The notes: generated by a model not told the origin, from the sequence alone. 62,913 nt of DNA, filler included, from Olpidium bornovanus S191 (GCA_017911155.1; 30 parts of 30 records of this genome joined end to end with filler, not necessarily neighbours in it), one strand, 5' to 3'. Positions 23,640 to 35,415 are shown, numbered from the whole stretch's first letter. Numbers and translations: made by a program.

Positions 23640-25520
23640 CGCCTAAAACCTCCAACTCAAACAATCGCCAACCATACTTGATTCGAGAGTCGTGCAGTCG
23701 GCAACAGCGATTTCAGTCTTGATTTGCTGTGAGGAGCTGAAGATTGCAGACGAGTTAATCATGTGCTCGGTTGCGCCGGAGTCGAGAATAGTATCAGAGG
23801 GCGTCAGATTCTTCTTAGAAGTGCTTGGGCATGGCCGCGCAAGTCGGCATCGCGGTGATGTTGGGGGTCAACTTTGGCTTCGACGTTGGCGGTATTATTC
23901 GCTGCAGGATTGTAGTTGATCTGGTGATCTGGTTTTTGGATTTGGTTTTGATTTTGGCGAGTCACGGCTTGGAGGTCGGCAGGGATTAGCAGGCAATCAC
24001 TTGGAAAATGGTCAGCAGACAAGCAAAACTTGCATGGGCTTCGTGGCTTGCGGTTATTTTGGGGTCCGTCAGCAGCGCCTCGGCTGCGACCACCGCTTCC
24101 GCCACGTGCACATCTGCCGTTATTGCCACTTCATCCCTTCTCTCGCGGTGCTTGGTTGGTACTGCGAGAATTTTTGTCAGTGGCTGTTTTGGAGTTTAGC
24201 GCGACCAAATGAGTATCGGCGTGATTGGTGGCACAAAGGAAAGCATCGATTCGGAGAGCTGCCTCCTGGCAAGCACTTAATGAACTGATGTTTGCTGGAA
24301 CTGTAATGGTAGCCTTGCGTCAGGTCCGTGAGGTTTTCGGCATATTGTAAAAGGAGCGCTTGACTACCAACAGAATCATGGAGCAGGGCGGCCAACGTAT
24401 TGAAATGGGCAGTATACTGTTGAACAGTGCCTGTTTGGCGAAGGGCACGCAATTTTCGGTGAGTTTCAAGAGTCTCAAATTTTTTGGCAAAGTGAAGGCG
24501 AAGGAGGGACTTCATCGCATCCCATGAGGCTTCACGTCTGGCTTCAACATCGGCGAACCATAAGGTTTCAGGGGTGCCGGATATTTTGTTTTTAGCAAGA
24601 ATTAACTGGAGTGCCCGCGAAGTCGCAGGATACTGGAAATAGGAGTCCATTTTTTGGATAAAAGCTCAAAGTTGGACGGCATTTGCTTTACCGTCAAACT
24701 TGGCGATTTCAGCCAGTGTCGCCTGGATCATGGAGTCCTGTTCGCGTTGTTGCTGCTGCGGGATTTGTGAAGACCGCAATTGGCACTCATGCGTGCGGAG
24801 AAGAGACGCAACTTGAGCCTTGAGGATTTCATGTTCTTCCAGGAGGGAAGCATGTGCCGCGGCTGCTGGATCAGCTGCCTCGACTCGCCGACCGGGAGTG
24901 TCTGTGTTGAACGAAGGGTCAATTCCTAGATCTCCTCCCAAACGACCTGTTGAAAAAATGGCGCCAGGGCGGGGCGGGCGGTTAGCGCTGGCGCGGCCGT
25001 CAAGGTCGTTGTTATAAGGCATGGCGATAATGCCGAGCGTCGACAGTGCAATGGCGAGATGTCGGACGGTGCGAAGGCGAGGCGTTGGACGGTGCGAAGG
25101 CGAGGCGTCGGACGGTGCAAAGGCGAGGCGTCAAACGGTGCAAGAAGGCGAGGCGTCTGGCGGTGCGAAGGCGAGGCGTCGGACGGCGCGAAGGCGAAGC
25201 GTCGGACGGCGAGAGCGAAGCGTCGGACGGCCACAGCGAAGCGTCGGACGGCGAAAGCGAAGCGGTGATGGCGGCGCCGCAGCGGAGAGGCGGCAGTAGC
25301 AGCGGACGACGGCGGCTGCGGGGATGGCGGCAGCAGCGGAGAAGCGCAGCAACGATGGCGGCTGCGGCGCTCGGCGGAAGGCGGCGGCTGCGGCGATGGC
25401 GGCTGCAGCAGCGGACGACGGCGGCGGCGGCGAGCGGCGGGGATGGCGGCTGCGGGGACGGGCGTCAGAGTCCGCTTGGGCTCATAACCTGCTAAGTTAT
25501 GTTAAGTTATGTGTGTGATC
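23640..25520 (-). mobile_element. Degenerate LTR retrotransposon 5' half: copia-type PBS, repeat leader, gypsy-like gag, CCHC knuckle, copia-type protease
   Basis: ...AGCA|GGTTATGAGCCC (25478-25489); ATG at 25022; IAKFDGK...MDSYF...LWF...SWDAMKSLLRLHF...LRALRQTGTVQQYTAHFNTL; CKFCLSADHFPSDC; ILDSGATEHMINSSAIF. In-frame TGA at 24666 and frameshifts. Confidence 0.85.
25048..25267. repeat. 21-25-bp tandem repeat (~9 units) in the retroelement 5' leader
   Basis: gcgaaggcgaggcgtcggacggt and variants, followed by a GGC-rich tract to ~25460. Confidence 0.92.
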
Positions 25521-25636
25521 AATCCACCGAGAGCGACCAGCGAAGGTACCGTGAACTTATTGGTGCATTGCTTTTCCTTACGGTCAACACTCGTCCAGAC
25601 CTGGCAACTGCCGTGAATTTCCTGCCTTGCTTCATG
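25515..25636 (+). mobile_element. Ty1/copia reverse transcriptase C-terminal fragment
   Basis: DQRRYRELIGALLFLTVNTRPDLATAVNFLPCFM matches copia YRSLIGSL.YL...TRPDIA.AV..L.RFM. Confidence 0.88.
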
Positions 25637-26094
25637 NNNNNNNNNNNNNNNNNNNNNNNNNNNNNNNNNNNNNNNNNNNNTTAATTAATTAANNNNNNNN
25701 NNNNNNNNNNNNNNNNNNNNNNNNNNNNNNNNNNNNAAAAAAAAAAAAAGAAAAAAAAATAATGAGAGATTCCCGCGATGCCAAAAACGCGAATTGCGCA
25801 AAAAAAATGGAAAAAAAAAATGGAGAGAGAATTTTGCCAATCTAGAAAAGAAAGGAAAAAAGGGAAGGAAAAAAAAATGGTTGCGTACGTGGCGGTTGGT
25901 TAGAACTCCTGAATTCTACACGCTCTGGAAGGAAGGAAGAAAAGAAGGACGGAGGACGGAGGACGGTGGACAGGCGGCGGAATCCCGGGTTAGCCGCCAC
26001 ACAGCCCCCACTGTCCCCCATATTAGTTTGTAGGGCAGAGCCCGGCAGACCCGGCACAATGCCATCATCCACCACATTCATCACGCAATGTATC

Positions 26095-26410
26095 CAACTC
26101 CCTCCCTGCTTTCCTTCCTTCCTTCCTTCCTTTCAACATTCCTTTCTTCCTTCCTTCCTTCCTTCCTTCCTTCCTTCATTCCTTCCTTCCGTCCCTCCTT
26201 TCTTCCAGTCAATCAGGATGCCGAATGCGATGCCCTTCGTGATGCTGATTGCGATGACTTCCTTCCTTATTCCTTCCATCTTTCCTCCTCACTCCCTTCC
26301 TCTTTTCCTTCCTTCCTTTCCACTTCCATCCTGCCGGTTGTGACGCCGATTGCGACATCTTCCTCCCTTTCTTCCTTCCTTCCTTCCTTCCTTTTTTCCT
26401 CCTTCCTGGC
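26095..26410. repeat. (TTCC)n simple repeat blocks with interspersed repeated motifs
   Basis: ttcc arrays interrupted by gatgccgaatgcgatg / gatgctgattgcgatg / gacgccgattgcgac. Confidence 0.85.
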
Positions 26411-26988
26411 AGGAGCTGGCCAGCCGCCACACACCGCCCACTGTCATCCACACTAGTGCATTGGGTAGAGCCGGACAGATCTGGTAAGATGCCACCTTCC
26501 GCCCCCATGTACAACAACATATCATCGAGGTTGCAGAAGCGCGCAAAAACTGGAAATGCCAAGCAGTTAAAATTCAGTTTTCGAATTCCTGCGTTTCTTC
26601 ACGAAAAGCGTGTTCGGCAAGGCTTCCTGTCGTGTAATCGGGTCTAACGCGACGGACACGCGCCAAGCCGCGCCTGATGACTCGAGCCGGAGGCGGAGTT
26701 GTCCTGGGGATGGCGCTTTTGCAGGCGCATTTTCTGCAGAAGAACTTGTCAGTCCGGCAAACTTTTTTGGAAGTAGAAAAAACGTTTTGCGTCTGTTCCC
26801 TCGTTTCGCACGGCGGAATGCTGTTCCCCGAAACCGCCTGCCGTCGGCGGGACGGCAGGGTGATGATGGGCGGAACGCGCGGGCAGGGNNNNNNNNNNNN
26901 NNNNNNNNNNNNNNNNNNNNNNNNNNNNNNNNTTAATTAATTAANNNNNNNNNNNNNNNNNNNNNNNNNNNNNNNNNNNNNNNNNNNN

Positions 26989-27360
26989 CGACTTGCGGGC
27001 TTCGTTCGTATATTCGCTCCACATACTGGCGACGCTGCTGAGATCCGACGGGTCGAATTCGCTGAGCGTGCTCTCTGACGACTTGCGCACTCTGCCGGAC
27101 GCCTCATGACCCGCATCCTCATCATCAGCGTGTGAATCTTCCGCATTCGTTTTTGGGTTCTCCGGCGCCTTTGCGCCAGACGGCATCGGCAGCACTGCAG
27201 TGTAACCGGGAGATGGAGGGCAAATGAAATTGTCCGGGTCGCCAGGTCCAGTGAGTTCCTCAGTTTGCTCCGACAATTTCTGTGTGTCTGTCTTCTGATT
27301 TTCGTTGACTGCCGGAGAGCTGGTAGATGGGATGTCTAGGATCATCTGGTTTGCGCAAGC
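26989..27360 (-). CDS. Hypothetical protein exon, 3' partial
   Basis: Open frame to the contig edge (QMILDIPSTSSPAVNENQK...SMWSEYTNEARKS); acidic and Ser-rich, no domain recognised. Confidence 0.35.
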
Positions 27361-28366
27361 AAGGCTTGTAGGCCTAGGCTGAAATTTCGACGAACACTGG
27401 GGTTGGTTAATGAGCAAACTGAACAGACGAGGAGCCAAGGAGTAAGATCCAAATTCCATTTATCGCCCTTGGTTATGCTCTGATTTAGTCGAAAATAATT
27501 ATGCGGGGTTAGTCCGCAAGACGGACTGAACCTGGACGCGCTGGTACGCCACTCCAAACACTTTTGGCAGTACTTATGCGCACAGCCGAACGGTAGATCT
27601 AAATTCGAGTCTTCCTGGACGCACTCACACCAAGGGTAGTCGAAAGCGGCAAGATCTTTTGAAAAGCGCGGGCGCGATTATAAACTTGAAGGCCGCCTCG
27701 GGAAAGCCTTGGAGACGACGGAGTATTCCTGCTTCGCGGCTGGTACGGATTTACGTCAGCGCCCGCGCTACCGGCCGGTGGAACACGCATATCAAGCGTG
27801 CCGGCAAGACGGCACGGTGAGGCAAACGAAATGGGGCTTCTTGAACACTTGCATTTTGCAACGTCAGATCGAGCAGGCTCGGCAAACACCCGCGAACCGT
27901 TCACCATGTAAAAAGTGCGTGTTTTGGAACCTGGAGTACGGAACGAGCGTCGGCACGTGCGGTGGGGCGCCGGTCGCGTAGGCAAGGCCGAACTCGCCCT
28001 GTGCGAAAATTGTTGCAAAAAACGTGCGAGCGGGCGGGCGACGTTCGACTCAAGGATCAGCTTTACGTTCTTCCGCGACGCGGAAAAGTGGGGAGCTCCG
28101 CGATTCCCGCGGAGTCGTCGATCCACCTGCGTGCTCCTCTGAAGGACAAGGGCAACCGGCGGCCGCCTTGGACGGAACGACCGGCGAACCGACGGAACGA
28201 AGTGAACGGAGCGGCGCGCGGAGGTGGGCAAGGAGCTAGAGTCGCGACCGCCTCTTTCGCACCGCGTCCCCGATCGGTGGGTGCACGCGGAGCAGGGAGC
28301 CACCCCTCCTCCACCAACGCAAACGGAGCCGCGGAGGGGAAGGTGGGGGAAGGTGGGAGGGAAGGT

Positions 28367-28412
<46 letters not shown>

Positions 28413-28526
28413 CGGGGGGCCACAACNNNNNNNNNNNNNNNNNNNNNNNNNNNNNNNNNNNNNNNNNNNNTTAATTAATTAANNNNNNNNNNNNNNNNNN
28501 NNNNNNNNNNNNNNNNNNNNNNNNNN

Positions 28527-28830
28527 GCATGACTTCGTCGTGCGCCCAATGTCATCTGCAATGGCAGTCCAGTTGATGGTTTCGTTGGACACTTTATGCT
28601 CCTCCAGTGCAGTGCAAAGGGCTTGAGACTCTGTGGGTGACCATCCCTTTAATGTTCCCCGCTGGCGCGCAACCTTTGACTTCACTGACCAAAAAGATCT
28701 TTGAATCTGCTCTGCAAATTCCTTCCAGGTAATCACTTCCGGGTGCTCCCTCTTGAGCTTGACAGTCTTCAGCAGCAGCTGGATCTCCGCTTCGCTCCAT
28801 GCTTTTTCCGAACGGCTTGTGTCTACTTCG
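28527..28830 (-). CDS. Tandem Myb/SANT-repeat protein, 3' partial
   Basis: KAWSEAEIQLLLKTVKL...ITWKEFAEQIQRSFWSVKSK, then KGWSPTESQALCTALEEH...INWTAIADDIGRTTKSC: two Trp-spaced Myb-like repeats. Confidence 0.8.
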
Positions 28831-29890
28831 GCACAGGGCACCCCGCTTTTGCCGTTATTGGGAGGTTTTCCGCGGGCGATTGTGAGCACGCCGGAGTCTG
28901 TCGTTCTGCGCGCGCCGCCCCGTGCAGTCTCCCGAGACCGGTCGTTATCGGGCGCGGCGCAGTGTAAGAGCGCCAAAAAGCCGCGAAACACCGGCAACGC
29001 TCGTTGTTTAGACCGCGTGAAACCGAACGGATGCTCGGAAGAGATTGCCGGTTCCTGTCGCTGTTGGTTAAATCCAGGGAAAGCGTGCAGAGCGAGCGCC
29101 GGAGCCCTGACCAGAAGCGTCGGGTTGATCGCGGCCGCCGCGGTCGTCCGGCGTGCGCATGCGTGCGGTGGAAACATGGCAACCAATCCTTGCAGCAGAA
29201 AGCGCGCAGGAAATTTCCCAAACAGCCCGAGGCCGTTCGGGCTGTGGAAAGGGTCTCGGGGAGAACGATTCGTACTTCGCGCGACGACGCTCAGCAGCAC
29301 CACCGCGGCAGGTGGAACGCCGCGCGCGCGTCGTTTTGCGTCTTCGCTGTCGCCGCCGAAGCGGCCGGCGAAGCCCGGCGCGACCGCGTCCACGGAAGGT
29401 CAACGGGGCAAAGGACGGCCGCCTTGTCAGTGCGACCCGAAGCGGAACGTCTTCTCTCTTGTCGCAAAGGGTCGCTGCCAATAAGCTTTCCCGCCTTCAA
29501 ACGCAGAAGGCCGTTCCGGTCACGTTATTTTTGCTCAAAGACGTGACCGCCACGTGACACGGAAATTCTTGCACGTAAGATTTCTTATCATCGCTCGGCG
29601 GATTCCGTCGAACCCATTCGACCACAACCAGGTAGACGGATCTACCCTCAGGTTATAATCAAAGCAGGCCATGAACTGAGCAGCCTTCGGCCTTGATTTG
29701 TGATTTCGCCGGGAGAATATGCGCCGGCCGCTCGCCCACTCGCACTTTCGAAGAACTGTGGCTCAAATTCGCAGTTTCGAAGTTAATGCANNNNNNNNNN
29801 NNNNNNNNNNNNNNNNNNNNNNNNNNNNNNNNNNTTAATTAATTAANNNNNNNNNNNNNNNNNNNNNNNNNNNNNNNNNNNNNNNNNNNN

Positions 29891-30880
29891 CCTAAACAAT
29901 TCTTTCGTCTCCGGGTTCAGCAAATCATCTTGCGCGATAACGTGCGTCGCTCCCAGAGACTGGAGATATGCGCTGGTCTCCTCAAAAGACGGCCGCAGAT
30001 GCTCCCCGACGTCTTCTTGAGAAGGTCTAGGAACACCGTTTTGTTTCCAGAATTGTGAATGAGTTCCTTGTCTCTTCTCCCGAACGCTGTGACGAGAAGC
30101 CGGAGCGAAACACAAAATACCTCCGAATAATGTTGACAGTACGCAACCCCCACGTCTTGGCCAGTTGGATCACGGCCTGGCCGACGCCGCTGTTTGCTCC
30201 GTTCTGGATGACACAGTCGCCTGGAAAATCGAAGCAATTTGGCGGCGCAATTCTTGCACGCCGCCTTCCCTGCGCGCGCTCTCGCCGCACCGGCCTCGTT
30301 CAAGACCGAGGCACGGCACCGACCGCTCCCAACCCCACTTACCTGGTCGGAGCGCAACAAAGTCTTTGAGTAGGCGGTAAGCCGTGCACGGATTGACCGC
30401 GAGAGTGGCGGCTTGTGGCACGCTAAGTCGTCCACTTTCGGGGAGCTTCTGCAGCGACTTGGCGGGGACGCACGCATACGTCCGCCACGTCCCTGATAAA
30501 TACCCCGAGTGGATTTTGAAACAAAAAGTACAAGTTTCAGCGGCCAAACTGCTGGAGACATTTACGACGCCTCAGAGCGAACGGGCAAGTCACAAAATGC
30601 TTCTTAAGCATGGAGGGGCGACGCACCGAAACACGGTACACGCGGGATAACCCAGTCGCCGGGCTTAAGGAAGTCGCAAGCCTCGGTGGCTCCGACCGTG
30701 ACGACTTGAGCCACACCCTCGCCGCCCGCAACGGTGCCCTGTCCCGTCACGGCCTCGGGCGGCGCCTGCATTGGGTATATCCCCTCAACCATATTAAGGT
30801 CGGCAGGATTGACCGGGCACGCAAGGAACTGTATGATCACCCAGTCCGCGCGCAGCGGTGGTAACGGCTCCAATACGGGG
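29891..30880 (-). CDS. ETR1: Mitochondrial trans-2-enoyl-ACP/CoA reductase (Etr1/MECR), partial
   Basis: [37 protein letters not shown]...G|[28 protein letters not shown]|[32 protein letters not shown]|[20 protein letters not shown]. Confidence 0.92.
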
Positions 30881-30954
30881 CTTGGGGGCCAAAACGGGAA
30901 CGCGTTGTGGTAGGGTGTCAAAGCCGCTGCATTGTTCTCGGCGGGACTCGATAG

Positions 30955-30991
<37 letters not shown>

Positions 30992-31091
30992 NNNNNNNNN
31001 NNNNNNNNNNNNNNNNNNNNNNNNNNNNNNNNNNNTTAATTAATTAANNNNNNNNNNNNNNNNNNNNNNNNNNNNNNNNNNNNNNNNNNNN

Positions 31092-31545
31092 CATGTTCAG
31101 AGCAACCGTCGTCGAGTTAAATTCCATCCGCGCCGCTGGGGTCACGTAAATGATATAGAGACCATTTCCCAGTAATGTGCAACTTCAGGAATGTTTTATT
31201 TTTCGCTTCAATAATCTGCAGTGTCTCTTTTCCGTTGGCCGAAGCCGAGGAAAGGTGGTAGCCATTGGCTTGGAGATCTCGGAGGGAGAGCAGATTGCGG
31301 ATGCCATAAGGTGCCTGAATTGCAGTCGGGATCCGGACGGTAGTCGCATTGGGTAAAACCATCACAGCTGCTCCCAGCCTCGAGCGGAAAGCAGATATAC
31401 CAGACAAAGTGGTCAGCTCCCGGGATACCCAAGGAAGCATGGTATGCGAAATGAAGAACGCTCCATCCTTAAGGGTGGTATGTGTTGTTGCACAATCGAT
31501 CAGGACAGAAATTTTTCCTGCCTTGGTAGTCATAAACTTACCAGA
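31092..31545 (-). mobile_element. Ty1/copia protease-region fragment (Bianca-like)
   Basis: VLIDCATTHTTLKDGAFF...LTTLSG...RLGAAVMVLPNATTVRIPTAIQAPYGIRNLLSLRDLQANGYHL...KETLQI. Confidence 0.8.
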
Positions 31546-32327
31546 GGTCTCGGCAGAGCTCGGTGACATGGGGGAGGCGGTGTAGCGACGAGCTCGGCGA
31601 AAGGCGATGGATCGCACGGCGGGCGAAGACGGCATGCGGGCGAACGGCGAGCTCGGAGGGCTCGGCGGGCTCAAAGGATCGCGGCACGGTCGACGCCAAC
31701 AGCAATGGCGAGCGGGCGCGACGGCAAGGCCGGCGGAAAAACGCGACGGCAAGTCGTGCTCACGGGGAGGCGCTGCGACGCGACGGGGCAATCTCGCGGG
31801 GATGCGTGATGGCGGGGCCTCGACGGCAGACGGCGCGACGGCGTGGGCTCGACGAAAGGCGCGCGGGCGCGGCGGTGGAATGCACGCCGCAACAATTTTT
31901 CTTTATTTTACTTTCTTTCCGCGCGGCGGAGGGTGCTCGGCGGAAGGCGGACGCGCAGCTGCGACGGCGGCGCGCGAGCGCTACGGTGAAGATGCTCCAT
32001 TCCTTTTCCGCGAAGCAAAGGAAAGGCGCTCGGCGGAAGGTGGCGAGAGCTTCTCGGCTGAGAGGGCAAAGCTATGGGCGCCGGCAATGGGAGCTTTTGG
32101 TCGAGGGCAAGGGGAAGCCCAGCAATTTGGTTTTGGTGCTGATGACGTGTTGCGAACGAAGTTACGTCCGTTGGGTGTGTTTTTATTTTCGGTCCGGGTC
32201 TACGTTCTCTTCTACGTATCGGAACAAAAAAAAAAAAAAAAAAAAAAACCTCCACGTCCCCTTTTTCACGCCCGCGCCAGCAACAAACCGCGCAAACGGG
32301 TTTTCGCCGTGGACGCGGGGCGAAATC

Positions 32328-33779
32328 ATGCCGAACGCCGAGAAGAATCGGAAGACGGCGCTGCCCAAGCACGCGCCCGCGTTGGGCGCGTCGCGGCCGG
32401 CCGCACTCACGCTTGGGGAAATACAGGCCGAGCCCCTGACGAAGCTCGTTGCGTCGATAACCGCAAAGAACGCGGTCTTTTCGGGCAAAACCGTCCGGAA
32501 AATCTACGACCAGGAACTGAAAGGGTCCGACTTTTCGCCCCGAAAAATCTTGCTTTTGGAGATTCATCAATACCTCGAAAAGGTTTGTGTGATGCGCCAT
32601 TGGTCCAGAAGGGCCGTCCTGGGACACACACGTTCCACGTGGTGGAAGAACGCCCTGCAGTGCAAGGTGCTGCAGCGGCCTGTGTGCAGCAGGCTCGTCA
32701 TTTCTCGTCCTGACAGCGCCTCACACAATGATATTCATATGTCAGTACCTCTGGCCGAATTACAGCGAGAACTCGTTGATGCGACACACTCTCTCCATCG
32801 TCCTTATGGTCAACGAGAAGTTCAGAGAGCGGGTTGCTCCGTGGAGTACGTGTTGCGGACGAAGCCTGCCTACCCAGACGTGCTGACCACGCGGATGCCG
32901 AAGACTACTTGAGCTGACTACGTTTCTACATGCTTTGTTTGTTACAGATGCGTTTCTTGGGACATCAGAGCGTTTCCCCCTGCTCTTTTCCAACGTCATG
33001 AAGGGTTGCTTATATGCGGATAGTGAGGCGCTGTCCTTCCGCGAAAGACGTTACCTCCTGCAATTTATGATCCACTGCTTCGAAAGCTTGGAAAATGCTA
33101 TGGTCCGCAATGAATGCATGAAGTGCGTGGAATCTCCTACGGCTTCGGCCGACGTTCCGTGCGAAGCGACCGTGTAATCTGAGCCTCCACCCTGGTCTGA
33201 ATTGCAGGATATGTTCCCTGTCGACCTGGCACAACCTTGCGTACCCTAAGCGCCGAGAACAAGTTTTCGGAGAGTACCCGCAGCTGCTCAAGTTCTGGAA
33301 GCACTTGGAAAAAAAGTATGCCGCCGCAGGTACGTATATTTTTAAGATGACGGACCGTTGTTTTTGAACATCGCCTGACGTCGGCCACTTGCCGCCATTT
33401 CGCAGATGAGAATGGCCAGCAAGACATTCTGTTTCGGCGGAAATGGATGTCCGAAATGATCAAGGACTTTTTATCAACTATCGAGGCCTTCCCCGAAGAA
33501 GGACCAGGGGAGATATTGATTGAGTAGCGAAACGTCTCGTTATCCGTCAGAAAGCTAACCACATTTTGTAGTACGCGAGGACAAACTGCATTATTGCGAG
33601 CGTTTCCTGGAATTCCTTATTGACCTCGAATCCCAGCTTCCAACGCGACGATACTTCAACATGCTTATGGACGACCACCAGGTGGTCACTACGTGTTCAC
33701 TTAGCAATGTTAGCCGCAGAAAGGATGATGCCACGTACGTATTTCTGGCAATCGTTCGCAGCTTTAGTATAGGTTTACG
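32328..33779 (+). CDS. cwf11: Spliceosomal intron-binding helicase Aquarius/Cwf11, N-terminal exons, 3' partial
   Basis: KILLLEIHQYLEK|YLWPNYS...HTLSIVLMVNEKFRERVAPW; RERRYLLQFMIHCFESLENAMVRNECM; YCERFLEFLIDLESQLPTRRYFNMLMDDHQVV. Confidence 0.92.
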
Positions 33780-33879
33780 NNNNNNNNNNNNNNNNNNNNN
33801 NNNNNNNNNNNNNNNNNNNNNNNTTAATTAATTAANNNNNNNNNNNNNNNNNNNNNNNNNNNNNNNNNNNNNNNNNNNN

Positions 33880-33930
<51 letters not shown>

Positions 33931-34463
33931 GTATAAGATGCACCCACAGGTGCTATAATGCGCCCATCGTAAAGTTTTCCAGAAACGAAGTACGGGGCAT
34001 TCATCCGTGCGCCACACACCCCCCATCCTCCACACGCGCGCGCGCGCAACCAACATCCCACCCCCTCCACTTGTCGTAACTTTGAGACCCGAAAAAGGAC
34101 GCGGCGAGGCGAGGCGAGAAAGCAGAGGAGGTTCTCTGAATCCGCGGCAGCGGAAGCACGGGCGCCGCTACACGCTACGTGGTCCACTTTATTCGGGGCT
34201 CGCCTAGCTCTTTTTATTCGGGAGTACCCGTGGGCAAAACCTGCGGGGTGGACGTAAAAAGCTGATGGATACCCCATCTCTCTCCCCGCACACAACCCCC
34301 CTCCCCCCCCCTCCCCAATCAAAAAAATAAAAATAAATAAAATAAAATACCGCAGCAGCCGGTTTCCTCCCTCCCCCCCACCAACCCCCGCCCGACGGAA
34401 GAACACACGTCCCCGGAGAGGAGGAGGAGGAGGAGAGGGGAAGAACGGGAAAAAATAGAAGCA

Positions 34464-34584
34464 ATGTCCGCCGCCGTCGCGCCCGCCACCGCGGTAACCG
34501 AGACCGGGGTCTACTCCAAGTCGGTGGGCAGAATTTTCGGGACCCCGATGGTCGTCACGGGTAAAGACGAGAGCGAGCGAGAGC

Positions 34585-34629
<45 letters not shown>

Positions 34630-34874
34630 TAAAATAGCGTTCTCTGACGGATCTCCGTCCCCCGACAAATTCCAAACAAAAAAAAAAAAATCCAACAGGG
34701 GGGGTCCTCGCCGTCGCCTCTCTGGTCGGCTCGGCCCTGACCGCCCGCAAGCAGGACCCCTTGCTCACGCAGTACTGGCTGCGGCTGCGGCTGGCCACGC
34801 ACGCGTTCGCCGCCTCTGCCATTTCGTCCCGCGTCCGCCGGTCCAAGCTGCGGATTTCGGAGAACCCGATATGA
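34464..34874 (+). CDS. HIG1-domain (Rcf1/HIGD-like) small membrane protein, two exons, absent from the ORF track
   Basis: Exons 34464-34560 (|gtaaag) and 34699-34874 (caacag|) give MSAAVAPATAVTETGVYSKSVGRIFGTPMVVTGGVLAVASLVGSALTARKQDPLLTQYWLRLRLATHAFAASAISSRVRRSKLRISENPI*. This fits the HIG1 pattern P.V..G.....L......G....Q..MR.RV.AQ.F. Confidence 0.65.
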
Positions 34875-35325
34875 AAAAAAAAGAAAGGAAAGAAGGGAAC
34901 GCCTACCCGCGCGCGGAGGGCGAGAGGAGCCAGGGGGGGGAGGGGGGGGGGGGGGGGGGGNNNNNNNNNNNNNNNNNNNNNNNNNNNNNNNNNNNNNNNN
35001 NNNNTTAATTAATTAANNNNNNNNNNNNNNNNNNNNNNNNNNNNNNNNNNNNNNNNNNNNCATGATGACGTGCCGGAACAGTGAAAACGGAAGTAGAATC
35101 GGTTTTCCTTGAAGCGGGAGCAGCCTTTTTATTACAGAAAAAGTGCGCGTGCCTAGCCGGGAGTGGCAAAAGCGGGCACTCTGGCCGTGCAAATCGAGCC
35201 GACGACGTGGCGGCGGAAGGGCGCCTGTCGTCCGGCCGGATGTGCCCCGGTTTCTTTTTGCCCTGCAGCGGCCGGGGACCACGTGGGGAAGCGCACGCCG
35301 TCGTCCCCGCTTGGATCTCACCCTC

Positions 35326-35358
<33 letters not shown>

Positions 35359-35384
35359 CCCCCCCCCCCCCCCCCCTCCCCCCC

Positions 35385-35415
<31 letters not shown>

